Part shown: in pieces, positions 30,978 to 41,900 of the stretch
How the letters are laid out: each line of letters opens with the position of its first letter
Numbering within the stretch: the first letter of the stretch is position 1
From: an uncultured delta proteobacterium
GTDB lineage: Bacteria; Desulfobacterota; Binatia; Binatales; Binataceae
NCBI GenBank assembly: GCA_963756155.1
Contig: CAVWMQ010000008.1
Span: 23,240-87,239, forward strand
Length of the DNA stretch: 64,000 bases
Direction: 5' to 3'
Notes under the pieces: generated by a model
Seen by the model: the letters and a program-made list of their open reading frames with translations, nothing else
Database searches by the model: none
Told to the model about the DNA's origin: nothing
Program-made: the position numbers and the translations under genes

Positions 30978-31418
30978 TTAACGCTCGTCGTGATTCACTT
31001 TGTCGGCTGCCGCATGATTCTCGGCCGGTGCACGGTTGACATGAGGCTCGGAAGTGGTGCGAGTCTCGGGAACAGCGCGGCGTTCCGGCGCGACCGCACG
31101 CTCACGCTCTGGCGCGGCCGCCACGCGAACACGCTCCGGGGAGACCACGCGCTCGTTTTCGACCACGCGCTCACGCTCGTTGGTCACATAGACGTTGGAC
31201 GGAGCGGCGTAACCGGGAGCATAGCCGTATCCGGGGGCATAGCCGTATCCGGAACTGTAGGCCGGTCCCGATTCATATCCGGGACTGTAGGCAGGTCCCG
31301 AGGCGTATCCAGGTCCGCCGCCGTAGTAACCTCCGCCACCGCCATAACACGCTTGCAGTGAGACCATTCCCAACAGCAGCCCCGCCGCCGTAGATATACG
31401 AACTATATTGCTCCTCAT
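30978..31418 (-). CDS. Gly/Tyr-rich low-complexity lipoprotein
   Basis: MRSNIVRISTAAGLLLGMVSLQAC lipobox, then (G)nYYGGGPGYASGPAYSPGYESGPAYSSGYGYAPGYGYAPGY and ERERVV repeats; GAGGT RBS before ATG 31418. Confidence 0.5.
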   Translation of the reverse strand: MRSNIVRISTAAGLLLGMVSLQACYGGGGGYYGGGPGYASGPAYSPGYESGPAYSSGYGYAPGYGYAPGYAAPSNVYVTNERERVVENERVVSPERVRVAAAPERERAVAPERRAVPETRTTSEPHVNRAPAENHAAADKVNHDER

Positions 31419-31742
31419 CTTCATTACCTCGTTTACCAGTAAGGAGAGCATCATCAGTGCCAGCCAAAAGAGTAATGAAAGCGCCGCTTTCGCGATGCGC
31501 GAAGCGTATTGGAGTACGCATTCGGGAATAACAACGCAGAGCGGCGAAGGCTGTTCGTGGATTCTTACTGGGTATTCAGGTCAGGATCCTGAACGATTCG
31601 ATGAAGTAGTCAGGCGAACCGCAGACTGCCGTACTGATGTTGCGTGGGAAGCGGACTTGCCGCGCGACGCGCGCGCCGGCTGATTGAGAAGTTACCTCAG
31701 CCGGCGCACGTCATCTCGCGGGCTGCGTAATTAACTGACTAT

Positions 31743-31879
31743 CTATCTGCGATAGCCATAGTGACCGTGACCCCATCCGCCGTAGTATCCTGGTCCGGGT
31801 CCGATCCAGCAGGCCTGAGCTGCGAAGATTCCAGCTAAGAGCAATAGCGTTTTCGCCATCGCACCGATTTTTTTCTTCA
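31743..31879 (-). CDS. 45-aa Gly/Tyr-rich lipoprotein, not in ORF track
   Basis: MKKKIGAMAKTLLLLAGIFAAQACWIGPGPGYYGGWGHGHYGYRR: signal peptide plus lipobox plus GYYGG motif shared with the neighbouring gene. Confidence 0.35.
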
Positions 31880-32167
31880 TTGTTTTTCACCCACGGAGAT
31901 TCTGTATAGTTTCTGTACCTCCTGATATTTGGACGATCCGCCGCGCCGCGCCGTTCAATCCCTGGGTTTTCAGAAAAGCATGCGCGGCGCGCGGGATTTT
32001 TCCGCCCGGCGCGACGCCCTACCTGAACGAACATTAATTTGCGGTTAATTTCGCCGACATGGAAAAAGAGGGCTGCTGGCCGTCAGCGCATAGCGCGCAC
32101 GCCAGACGTTACCGGCAGCGACATCGAAGCTGTTTCCGCCGCTCAGGTGCTGAGGCTCGGCCCCTTG

Positions 32168-33172
32168 CTAAGGACGGGGACCGGGGAGGCGCGCCTGCAT
32201 CGCGCCGGGATACTCGGGCGGCAGCGCGCTGGCCTTGTCGAGCGCCGCAAGCTCGGCTGCTTCGAGTTTCAGGCCGAGGCTGCCCAGATTTTCGTCGTTC
32301 TGCTCAACGGTGCGGGCGCCATAGATCACCGAGCTGACGCCCGGCTGCTGATTCACCCAGGCGAGCGCGATTTGCGATATTTTTCGCCCGCGCTCCTTGG
32401 CGATCTGTTCGACGGCCTCGAGGGTGCGATAGTTGCGCTCGTTGGCGAGCCGGTTCCACAGGTCCATCTTGGCCAGGCGCGAGTCTTCAGGCGGCTTTTC
32501 GCCGCTGCGATATTTCCCGGTCAGGAAGCCTCCACCCAACGGACTCCATGGGATCACGCCGACGCCTTCGTTGCGGCACAAGGGCAATATCTCGCGCTCG
32601 ATTTCGCGCGATATCAGGCTGAATTGAGGCTGGAGCGAGTCGAAGCGGGAGTAACCATGCTTATCGCTTTCCCACAGGCTTTTCATCAATTGCCATCCGG
32701 TGAAATTAGAGGCACCGAGATAGCGCACCTTCCCGTGACGGACCAAATCGTCCAGCGCGCGCATCGTCTCTTCGATCGGCGTCTCGAAGTCCCACGAATG
32801 GACCTGGTAGAGGTCGATATAGTCAGTATTAAGGCGCTTCAGGCTCGCCTCGACCTCCGACATGATATGGCCGCGCGACAGGCCCCATTCGTTGGGACCC
32901 ACGGGCTTGCCGGTGAAAAGGTTCGCATTGAAGCGGACTTTGGTAGCGAGTACCAGGTCATGGCGCCGTTTGCCGACGATGTGCCCGAGGATTTCCTCCG
33001 ATGCGCCGGCGGCATAAACGTTGGCGGTATCGAGGAAATTCCCGCCCGTTGCAATGTATTTGTCGAGAATCTGGCTGGCAGTTCCCTCGTCGGTTTCCCG
33101 CCCAAAAGTCATGCATCCGAGGGACAATTCCGACACTTTAAGCCCGGTCCGGCCAAGTCGCCTGTATTCCAT
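32168..33172 (-). CDS. aldo/keto reductase
   Basis: MEYRRLGRTGLKVSELSLGCMTFG...LDTANVYA...IDLYQVHSWD...GASNF; start at MEYRRLG (track ORF extends to 33334). Confidence 0.85.
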   Translation of the reverse strand: MEYRRLGRTGLKVSELSLGCMTFGRETDEGTASQILDKYIATGGNFLDTANVYAAGASEEILGHIVGKRRHDLVLATKVRFNANLFTGKPVGPNEWGLSRGHIMSEVEASLKRLNTDYIDLYQVHSWDFETPIEETMRALDDLVRHGKVRYLGASNFTGWQLMKSLWESDKHGYSRFDSLQPQFSLISREIEREILPLCRNEGVGVIPWSPLGGGFLTGKYRSGEKPPEDSRLAKMDLWNRLANERNYRTLEAVEQIAKERGRKISQIALAWVNQQPGVSSVIYGARTVEQNDENLGSLGLKLEAAELAALDKASALPPEYPGAMQARLPGPRP

Positions 33173-33535
33173 TTCGAAGCCTCCGACGACGAGTTTCGTC
33201 TGTTCGAGATATTCGCGCAAACGAATTTTCCCCGGCGTGAATTCCGACTGAATATTGTGAAGGTGCCCACGTCTAAAACTTCGGGTGCATAGATGGCTCT
33301 GGCACCCACTCTGGTTGGATGCTCCTCCCACCAACCGGGTACCGTCCGCCGCGTACGCGGACGGCCGCTACGAACAGGCGGGCATCAGGGAGCCCCCCCT
33401 TCCTGACTGCCCGCCATTTTTTTGCCCTCAATTTCTCCAGTCTTTCGTTGTATTCCCTGAACGCGCCGCGGTACGACGCTGGTCGCGCGCTTTTCCTTGA
33501 CATGATCGAAAGGTGCAGTCATAGCTTTTGGTTCG

Positions 33536-35089
33536 ATGTCGCGGCGTATCAGATGGTTCGTGATACCGCCGGTTCTGCTGTTTGTATTCGGAGCGTTGGT
33601 TCTGAGTTGCGGCGGTGGAAGCAGTGGCTGTCCGAGCGGCGAAGTTTGCGGTCCCCCGCCTACCACAGGATTCCAGCTACAATCGATCGAGATTTGTTTC
33701 GGCTCGCCGGCGCCGCCCACGCCGACGCCCAGCCCCACGCCCAAGACAACTCCGACCCTGACCCCGTGCCCCGGCGCAACCAGCACCGCGATCAGCGTTC
33801 AAGAAACGATCAACTTCATCGCGCAGGGAACCTTCACCCTGGGCACAAAGACGGAGATACTCGGCCTCACCGACAACTCGACTACGCTGTGGACCTCGAG
33901 CAATAGCCAGGTGCTGCTGCCGCCGCTGTCCGGCCAGGGCGGACAGTTCCTCGGTCAGAGCTCCGGATGCGCCTGCGTCAACGCCAGCTCGGGCTCACAG
34001 GTAAGCTTGCCGGTCGGAGTTGCGGTCGAGACATCGGCGGCGGACTGCATATGCCCGACGCCGGCGCCGACTCCGGCTCCGACGCCGAAGGCCGGCGCAG
34101 TGTCGGCGTCGGCGCAAACGGCCGAGGCCACACCGGCGTCGGCGCCGGGCGCGGGCGGCAATAGCGCCGGCGTCCTGATGTGGCGCTACGACGCCGGCGC
34201 CAGGCTCGGCGGACCGATCGTGCCGGCACCCAACGGACACGCTTACTTCATCACCGAGAATGGCGTCCTACACGCGATCGACAGCCTGGGGCACAGCGTC
34301 TTCACGCGCCTGGCCGGAGGATCGACGGTCGCGGTGGCGCCCGACAATACGATCTATGCGGCCGGGACGGGCGGCGATATTGAAGCGCTCGACGCCGACG
34401 GCGTGCTCGAGTGGAAGGCTGACAGCGGCGGCGCGGCGAACATCCTCGCGGCGGGTGATGGCTACGGCTATGCGGCGGTGGGCAACGAACTGGTCGCGGC
34501 GAGCGCGCCGGGCCAGGTCGATTGGCGCGTGGCGCTCGCCGGAATTCCGCTCGCGGTGCTCCCGACCAGCGAGGGATTGCTGGTGGGCACCTCCAATGGC
34601 GCGGTTAGCGCGCTGTCATCGGACGGCGTGGTGCAGTGGTCATTTACGCCCACCGGTGGATTCGCGGGGCAGCTCGCGGCCTCGGACAGCGCGGCCTACG
34701 TGGGCGCGGGCGGCGGCATCTACGCGATCGATTTGAGGACGGGCTCGGAGCTCTGGCATGTCGGCACCGGCCACAGCATCACGTCGGGGCCGGCAGTCGG
34801 ATCGTCGGGGAATATCTACGTCGGCGCGGGGCCGCTGATCGCGATCGATCCTGACGGACACGTTGCCTGGAGCGTGGATGCGGTTACGCCGGGCAACACG
34901 CCGCTGGCAGCTACGACGGGCGGCGGAGTCTTCGGCGTCGGGTCGGACGGCCTTGCCGCGGCGATCGCGGCCGACGGCGGATACATCTGGACCACGCGAA
35001 GTTTCTCGAAGGTGACGAGCGCGGCCGCGTCATCGTCGGGAGTGATCTACGTCGGAACGGACGCGGGTCACATTTTCGCCATCAGGTAG
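33536..35089 (+). CDS. PQQ-like beta-propeller repeat lipoprotein (BamB-like fold)
   Basis: Lipobox LVLSCGGG; Pro/Thr-rich linkers (PTPTPSPTPKTTPTLTP, PTPAPTPAPTPK); repeated G..YA....DG..W motifs. Confidence 0.6.
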   Translation: MSRRIRWFVIPPVLLFVFGALVLSCGGGSSGCPSGEVCGPPPTTGFQLQSIEICFGSPAPPTPTPSPTPKTTPTLTPCPGATSTAISVQETINFIAQGTFTLGTKTEILGLTDNSTTLWTSSNSQVLLPPLSGQGGQFLGQSSGCACVNASSGSQVSLPVGVAVETSAADCICPTPAPTPAPTPKAGAVSASAQTAEATPASAPGAGGNSAGVLMWRYDAGARLGGPIVPAPNGHAYFITENGVLHAIDSLGHSVFTRLAGGSTVAVAPDNTIYAAGTGGDIEALDADGVLEWKADSGGAANILAAGDGYGYAAVGNELVAASAPGQVDWRVALAGIPLAVLPTSEGLLVGTSNGAVSALSSDGVVQWSFTPTGGFAGQLAASDSAAYVGAGGGIYAIDLRTGSELWHVGTGHSITSGPAVGSSGNIYVGAGPLIAIDPDGHVAWSVDAVTPGNTPLAATTGGGVFGVGSDGLAAAIAADGGYIWTTRSFSKVTSAAASSSGVIYVGTDAGHIFAIR

Positions 35090-35155
35090 ACTCGCATCGC
35101 GATCGCGAGCGTCGCGTCTTGACTGCCCAGGTCTGGCGCGCGGCATTATGGATCC

Positions 35156-35656
35156 ATGAGCGCAATCGAAATCATCAAGCGTCGGCTCAAGGAAGATCGC
35201 GTTCCGGAGACGCCTGACGAAATCTCGCAAAAGAAAAAGCGGCCGCGTGAAGTCGCCTTCATGGACGTCAACCTGTGCTTCCCGTGCGGCAAGTGCCCGG
35301 AGTTTTGTCCGGTCCAGTGCATCGAGTACCTGCGGCCGGGGTCGGTCCCGAACCGCGGTGTTCAGCCGGTGCAGGACCGTTTTCAGGAGTGTATCGGGTG
35401 CTACATCTGCGTCGAGGTCTGCGCGCTGCTCACCGACTATGATGCGGTTCGAATGTACGATAGCAACCTGGTCGAGGATGTGCTGGGCGTGAAAATTACC
35501 GACCACGTGCCGCCAGAACCGGTTCCCGCCGAGCCGTACGAGGAGTTTTTCTCAGAGGGCGGACTCTATCGCCATCTCGGCAAGGGCTCGCGCATCCGCG
35601 AGAAGATGACGGCCGAGGAACGCGCGATCTTCGCCCGCGAGCGAGTGCGCAGCTAG
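35156..35656 (+). CDS. 2x[4Fe-4S] ferredoxin-domain protein
   Basis: CFPCGKCPEFCP and CIGCYICVEVC cluster-binding motifs. Confidence 0.6.
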   Translation: MSAIEIIKRRLKEDRVPETPDEISQKKKRPREVAFMDVNLCFPCGKCPEFCPVQCIEYLRPGSVPNRGVQPVQDRFQECIGCYICVEVCALLTDYDAVRMYDSNLVEDVLGVKITDHVPPEPVPAEPYEEFFSEGGLYRHLGKGSRIREKMTAEERAIFARERVRS

Positions 35657-35821
35657 CGTCTCCTAGCGGCGCGCCACCCCAGCAGCGGTTTGTCCTTGTC
35701 GTAAGCCAGCGTTCGTATCGCGATGACTGAGGTTACGCGCGGTTGTTTATGATTCTTGAGCCGAGGTTTGACAGTGCGGAAAAACGCGGATAGCGTCAGG
35801 GCTATCGTAGGGAGCACCTGA

Positions 35822-36472
35822 ATGGAACGACAGGCCAGGCGCGCGCAAGTGCTGCGCCATGCCAAGCGCATCTTCGCCCGCAAAGGCTACCATCGCACCA
35901 ACGTCGCGGACATCATCGCGCGCGCGCGCATCGCGCGCGGGACCTTCTACCTCTACTTCGAGAACAAGAAGGACCTTTTCGAGGAGCTGTTGGAGCAGGT
36001 GGTAACCGAGCTGACCACCCGGATTCTGCGCCTGCGCGTCGGACCCGACGAGGCCAGCCCGGTCGAGCAGTTGCGCGAGAATCTTCGCCGCGTGCTGACC
36101 TACGTTCTGGCCGAGCGCGAGCTGACCGACATCCTGCTCAATCATTCGGTTGGGTTCGATCGCGAGCTCGACGCCAAGATTCGCGATTTTTATGATCGCA
36201 TCGCGGCGATGATTCAGCGTTCGCTGGATCTCGGCATCCAGATGGACCTGGTGCGCAAGTCCGACACGCGCGCGGTCTCGTATTGCATCCTGGGAGGAAT
36301 CAAGGAAGTCATTGGACTTTTGTCGCGCAATCATCCGACGGACATCACGGCACTGGTCGAGGAGATCCTGGACTTTGGGCTGCGCGGCGTGGCCCGTCCC
36401 GAGCTGTTGGAAGCGGTCCGAAACCTGGATGCGCCCCCTGGGGAGGGCGGCTTTTTTATTACCCGTAACTAG
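35822..36472 (+). CDS. TetR/AcrR family transcriptional regulator (first gene of lipid operon)
   Basis: RAQVLRHAKRIFARKGYHRTNVADIIARARIARGTFYLYFENKKDLF. Upstream GATAGC-N6-GCTATC palindrome at 35789-35806 and a TTGACA hexamer at 35768. Confidence 0.8.
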   Translation: MERQARRAQVLRHAKRIFARKGYHRTNVADIIARARIARGTFYLYFENKKDLFEELLEQVVTELTTRILRLRVGPDEASPVEQLRENLRRVLTYVLAERELTDILLNHSVGFDRELDAKIRDFYDRIAAMIQRSLDLGIQMDLVRKSDTRAVSYCILGGIKEVIGLLSRNHPTDITALVEEILDFGLRGVARPELLEAVRNLDAPPGEGGFFITRN

Positions 36473-36478
36473 ACTGAC

Positions 36479-37273
36479 ATGTCAGTTTATCGAAAAATTT
36501 CGCCTCGCGACGGACGCCAGACGCGTCGTCGGCGCGCCGCCTTCTACGACCTCGACGGCACCCTGGTCGATCTGAACTTGATCCACATGACGCTTTTCAT
36601 ACTGGCCAATATCGGCGAATGGAGCGCGCGCATTTCCTACCTGCTCAGTTTTGTTGTGCGGGTGCCGCGGCTTTACCTCGCCGAGCGTGACGATCGCCGC
36701 AAGCTCAACACCGTCTTGTTCGAATCGTTCAAGGGAGTGTCGCACGACCGGCTGGTCGAGCTTGGCGAGGAATATTGCGATCGCATCCTGATCAAGCATC
36801 TGTTCCCGCGCGCGATTGAGATGCTCGAGGCGAATCGCGCGGCCGGGCTCGAGCCGGTGCTGGTTACAGGCTCCCCGGATTTCATCGCCGCTCCCCTCGC
36901 CCGTCATCTCGGCGTCGCCGATTTCGCGGGCAACCGGCTGGTAATCAGCCGCGGCTGCGCGACTGGCCGGCTCGCGGAACCGGTGATGGCCGGCGAGGAC
37001 AAGGCGCACTGGTGCGAGGATTACGCTGCGCAGCGAGGAATCGATCTCACCGAATGCTGGGGCTACGCGGATTCGAACTACGACATGCCGTTCCTGGCCG
37101 CGCTGGGTCATCCGGTGGCCGTCAATCCGGATCGCAAGCTCAGAGCCGCCGCGATGAGCCGTCACTGGCCGATCATTCACTTCGAAATGGACGGGGCCGA
37201 CGCGACGCCCTCCGACGACGACGAACTCAAACTGAGCGAACTGGAACGGAGCGAATCGGATGGCGCGTCCTGA
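36479..37273 (+). CDS. HAD-IB family hydrolase (phosphoserine-phosphatase-like)
   Basis: AAFYDLDGTL (DxDxT), ...VTGSPDFIAAP..., GYADSNYDMPFL motifs. Confidence 0.75.
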   Translation: MSVYRKISPRDGRQTRRRRAAFYDLDGTLVDLNLIHMTLFILANIGEWSARISYLLSFVVRVPRLYLAERDDRRKLNTVLFESFKGVSHDRLVELGEEYCDRILIKHLFPRAIEMLEANRAAGLEPVLVTGSPDFIAAPLARHLGVADFAGNRLVISRGCATGRLAEPVMAGEDKAHWCEDYAAQRGIDLTECWGYADSNYDMPFLAALGHPVAVNPDRKLRAAAMSRHWPIIHFEMDGADATPSDDDELKLSELERSESDGAS

Positions 37274-38900
37274 GTCGAAGATTAAGGAGCTGAAGCCCGC
37301 CGATCTGCGCCACGAGGTCGGCGCGCGCCGCGATCTGGTCGTTACGCTTAATCGTCGCTCCGAGCGACGCCTGATTGCCTACGGTGACGATTTCATGTTC
37401 GAGAAGTTGCCGGTCGGCACTCGCGTGATCTATCCACCGCCGCCGCTCGAGGCGCTGCCCGACCCCGACCAGGCGATTCGCTATGCGCTCCTGCGGCCCG
37501 AGAACGCCGACCCGCTGTTCGCGCAGTTGAATCCCAATATGCGCGTGACCGTCGCGATCGACGACATCAGCCTGCCACTGCCCCCGATGCGCCGGCCCGA
37601 TATCCGCGAGCGCGTCCTGAACCAGGTGCTGCAGACGCTAGCCGACTATGGCGTCGACGACGTGCATCTCATCATCGCGACGTCGTTGCATCGCCGCATG
37701 ACCGAGGCTGAAATTCGCCGCGCCGTCGGCGAGCGCGCCTTCAAGCAGTTCTGGCCCGACCGCCTCTATAACTTCGACGCCGAAAATCGCGCCGAGCTCG
37801 CGATGCTGGGCAAGACCGACCATGGCGAGGAAGTGTGGCTGAGTAAGCGTGCCGTCGAATCCGATCTCGTCATCTATGTGAACATTAACCTCGTTCCGAT
37901 GGACGGCGGCCACAAGTCGGTTGCCGTCGGCCTCGCGCCGTATCAGAGCCTGCGCCACCATCACAACGCCGCGACGCTTCGCGACAGCCACTCGTACATG
38001 GATCCGACCCGCTCGGCGCTCCATCGCTCTGCCGATCGAATGGGCAAAATCGTGAACGACAACGTAAACGTGTTCACCGTCGAGACCGCCGTCAACACGC
38101 GCATGTATGGCGGGATGCTCGACTTTCTCCACAAGAACGAAGACCGCTTCACCGACTGGGATCGCACGCGGCTTGGCGGCTTCAAGTGGACTCTCAAAAA
38201 TCTCTCCAACGACTTGCGGCGCAAGGCGTTGCAGAATTATTCCTCACCGTACGGGATGACCGGCGTGTGGGCCGGTGAGACCGAGGCCGTCCATCAGAAG
38301 GCGCTCGCCAAGGTCTTCCAGCAATACGCGGTGCCGGTGAAGGGCCAGTCCGACATCCTGATCGTCGGCGTTCCGTTCATCTGCCCTTACAACGTCAACT
38401 CGATCATGAACCCGGTCCTCGTGCAGTGCACCGGGCTCGGCTACTTGTTCAATATGTATCGCGGCAAGCCGCTGGTGCGGCCCGGCGGCACCGTGATCAT
38501 ATGCCACCCGCTGCGCGACGAGTTCCATCCCGAGCATCACCCGAGCTACATCGAGTTCTTCCATCGATGCCTCGCTGAAACTACCGACGCGATCGAACTC
38601 GAGCGCGCCTTCGAGCACGAGTTCGCCCGCAACCCGACCTACATTCACATGTATCGCTACGGCCACGCGTACCACGGCGTGCATCCGTTCTACATGTGGT
38701 ATTGGGGCGAGCCCGCGCGCCAGCACGTCGGACGCGTGATCGCCGCCGGATGCGAAGAGCCGGAAGTCGCGGCGCGGCTCGGATGGGATTCCGCTGACAC
38801 CCTTGACCAGGCGATCGCGATGGCGACTTCCGACCTCGGCCGCTCGGCCACCATCACGTATCTCCATTTGCCGCCAATAGTGATTGCCGATGTCGAGTAG
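37260..38900 (+). CDS. LarA-like / DUF2088 (lactate racemase N-terminal domain) family protein
   Basis: 546 aa; VTVAIDDISLPLPP...DVHLIIATSLHRRMTEAE...LVPMDGGHKS pattern resembles nickel-pincer-dependent racemase/epimerase family. Assigned from memory, needs HMM check. Confidence 0.45.
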   Translation: MARPESKIKELKPADLRHEVGARRDLVVTLNRRSERRLIAYGDDFMFEKLPVGTRVIYPPPPLEALPDPDQAIRYALLRPENADPLFAQLNPNMRVTVAIDDISLPLPPMRRPDIRERVLNQVLQTLADYGVDDVHLIIATSLHRRMTEAEIRRAVGERAFKQFWPDRLYNFDAENRAELAMLGKTDHGEEVWLSKRAVESDLVIYVNINLVPMDGGHKSVAVGLAPYQSLRHHHNAATLRDSHSYMDPTRSALHRSADRMGKIVNDNVNVFTVETAVNTRMYGGMLDFLHKNEDRFTDWDRTRLGGFKWTLKNLSNDLRRKALQNYSSPYGMTGVWAGETEAVHQKALAKVFQQYAVPVKGQSDILIVGVPFICPYNVNSIMNPVLVQCTGLGYLFNMYRGKPLVRPGGTVIICHPLRDEFHPEHHPSYIEFFHRCLAETTDAIELERAFEHEFARNPTYIHMYRYGHAYHGVHPFYMWYWGEPARQHVGRVIAAGCEEPEVAARLGWDSADTLDQAIAMATSDLGRSATITYLHLPPIVIADVE

Positions 38901-41900
38901 CAACAACGGTAACGGCAGCGGCCGCAACGGAAACGGCCACGGCAACGGGCGCGTGAGCGCCTCCGCGATGCCACCGCTGGAGCAGGTGCTGCGCAAGCGG
39001 CGGATCCTGCTGACTGGCGCGACCGGATTCCTCGGCAAAGTCTTTCTCGAGCTGCTCCTCCAATGGCATCCCGAGATCGAACGCGTCTATTTGCTGATTC
39101 GCGGCGACCGCCGCTCCAGCCAGGGCCGCTTCCGCCGCGAAATTCTCGACTCACCGGTGGTGGCACCGCTGCGCGAGCATCTTGGCGCCCACTTCGATTC
39201 CTACATCGAAAGCAAAATCGCGGTCGTCTCCGGGGACATTACCAATGAAGGCCTGCTGAGCGACGACGCCGAGCCTTTCAAGCGCGGCAGTCTCGACGCG
39301 GTCGTGCACAGCGCCGGCCTGGTGAACTTCGAGGCGTCGCTGGAGAAAGCGCTGGCAGTCAACACCATCGGCGTCGCCAACGTGATCGAGTTCTGCCGCA
39401 AGGTCGGCGCCGCGATGATCCACGTCTCGACCTGTTACGTGGCAGGCAACGCCGACGGTCATCGCTTCGAGGACGATCTGCCGGAGAACTGGTGCCCTGC
39501 GGGCCGGCGCAAATTCAGCCTCGAACGCGAGGTCCGCGACGCGAGCGCGGCGATCGCTCGAGTCGAAGCCGAGTCGCGCGATCAGTTGCGCCAGTCCGAG
39601 CTGCACGCCTCCGCCGAAGAGGACGGCCAGTTCCTCGACGGCCACGAGACCGCATTCGAGCATCGGCGCAAGCGATGGGTCGAAGATCGCCTAAAGGACA
39701 TCGGGCGCAAGCGGGCGCTCAGCTGGGGATGGCCCAACACCTACAGCTACACCAAGAGCCTCGGCGAACAGCTCGTGCTGGCAGCGCGCGATGCGATCGA
39801 CGTTACTGTCGTGCGCCCCGCGGTTATTGAGAGCGCGCTGCGCGACCCCTTTCCCGGATGGAACCAGGGCGTCAACACCAGCGCGCCGCTGACCTACCTG
39901 GCTGGCCGCGGCTACCGCTTCTATCCGGCGAAAGCCGAGCTGGTTCTTGACGTGATACCGGTCGATCTCGCCGCGCACGCGATGATTCCGATCCTCGCCG
40001 CGACTCTCCTCAAGCGCCAGAAGCCCATCTACCAGCTCTGCACCTCGGATCGGAATCCGCTCCCGATGTACCGGCTGGTCGAGCTCACCGGCCTTGCCAA
40101 TCGCAACGAGCATCGCAAGCACGGCGGCCCGATGGGCCGCCTCGCGCGCCATCTGGAGGCCACCGTCGTCTCGCAGACGACCTACGACCTCGCGAGCCTC
40201 ACGCTTCCCAGGCTTCTCAAGCAGGGCGCGGAACTCGCGCGCAGTGTGCTTGGTGAGGATTCCGAGCGCGGCCGCAGGCTCGTGGCCGGTGCCGGCGCGC
40301 TCGAAGAGACCATGGACCTCGCGCGCTCGCTGGTTCAGGTCTACCGCCCCTACATCCAGGAGCTGGTCTACACTTTTCACTCCAACAACATCCGCGCGCT
40401 CTACGCCTCGATTCGCGAGGCCGACGCCGCCAACCATCCCTTCCATCCCGAAAAGATCGACTGGCGCGACTACTGGATAAACGTGCATATGCCCGGGCTG
40501 CGCCGGCACATCTATCCGCAGCTCGACCTTCACACCCGCGGCCGTCCGCGCCTGCTCCCGCGCCATCGCACGCTGGTTGATTTGCTCGAACGCGCCGCGG
40601 AGCGTTACGGCGCCGACACCGCGTTGATGGCGCACAAGCCGTCCGGCGAGCGCACCTCGGTAACTTACCGTGAGCTGCGCGACCACGCGCGACGCGGCGG
40701 TATCGTGCTCGCGCAGCGCGGGATCAAGCCCGGCGATCGTGTCCTGCTGATCAGCGAGAACTCGCCGGATTGGGTGCTCGCGTTCTTTTCGATTCTCGAA
40801 GCCGGCGCTATCGCGGTGCCGCTCGACCATCTGATTTCCGCCGAAGAGCTCGCGCCCATCTGCAAAATCGCCGAGCCGCGCGCCGCCCTCCGCTCCGCGT
40901 CCGTCGCGCGCCGCCTGGGCAGCGCGGTCCGCGACACGGTCGCGAAAATCGTCGAGCTTGATCTCGCCGAGCTGAGCCGCCCGTTCCTGCTCCGCGCCGA
41001 CGCCGCAGCACCGCCCACGCCCGACCGCAAGACCGTCGCCTCGATTGTGTTCACCTCGGGCACCACCGGCGCACCCAAGGGCGTGATGCTCACCCACGGG
41101 AATTTCTGCGCCGAAGTCTCGATGCTGGGCCGCGTGTTTGCGCTGGCCGGCGACGACCTGGTGCTCTCGCTGCTTCCGCTCCATCACACTTTCGAGTTCA
41201 CCTGCGGGATGCTGCTGCCGCTTGCCAGTGGCGCGACCGTCGCCTACCCGCTCGAGGTCGACGCGAAAAATCTCTCGCGCACGCTCGCTGATATCCGCCC
41301 CACCGCGCTCATTGGTGTGCCCGCGCTGTGGGAAGCGGTGCATCGTCGCATCGTCGACGAGGTCGAATCGCGCGGACCGTTCTTTCACGCCGGGTTCAAC
41401 AATCTGCGCGACCTCAATCGGCGCCTCGATCGCGACTCGGGTCTCAATCTCGGCTCGATCCTGTTTCGCCAGGCGCATTCGGCTCTCGGCGGCAGGCTCA
41501 AGCTCGCCGTCAGCGGCGGTGCCGCCCTGCCCCACCGCGTTGCCGAGTTTTTCAATGACATTGGAATCCGGCTGCTCGAGGGCTACGGCCTAACTGAGGC
41601 GGCTCCCGTGCTATGCGCGGCGCATCCCGACGAGCCGTTGAAGCTGGGCTCCGTCGGCAAGCCGCTCAATGGCGTCGAAATCAAACTCGCCGCCAACGGC
41701 CACGAGAACGGCGAGAGCATCATCGGCGAGATACTGGCCCGCGGCCCAAACGTGATGGCCGGCTACTATAGGAACCAATCCGCGACCGACGAAGTTATCC
41801 GCGACGGATGGCTGCATACCGGCGACCTCGGCCGCTTCGACGAGGACGGACGGCTCTCCGTTGTCGGCCGCGCCAAGGAAGTCATCGTCGATTCGGGCGG

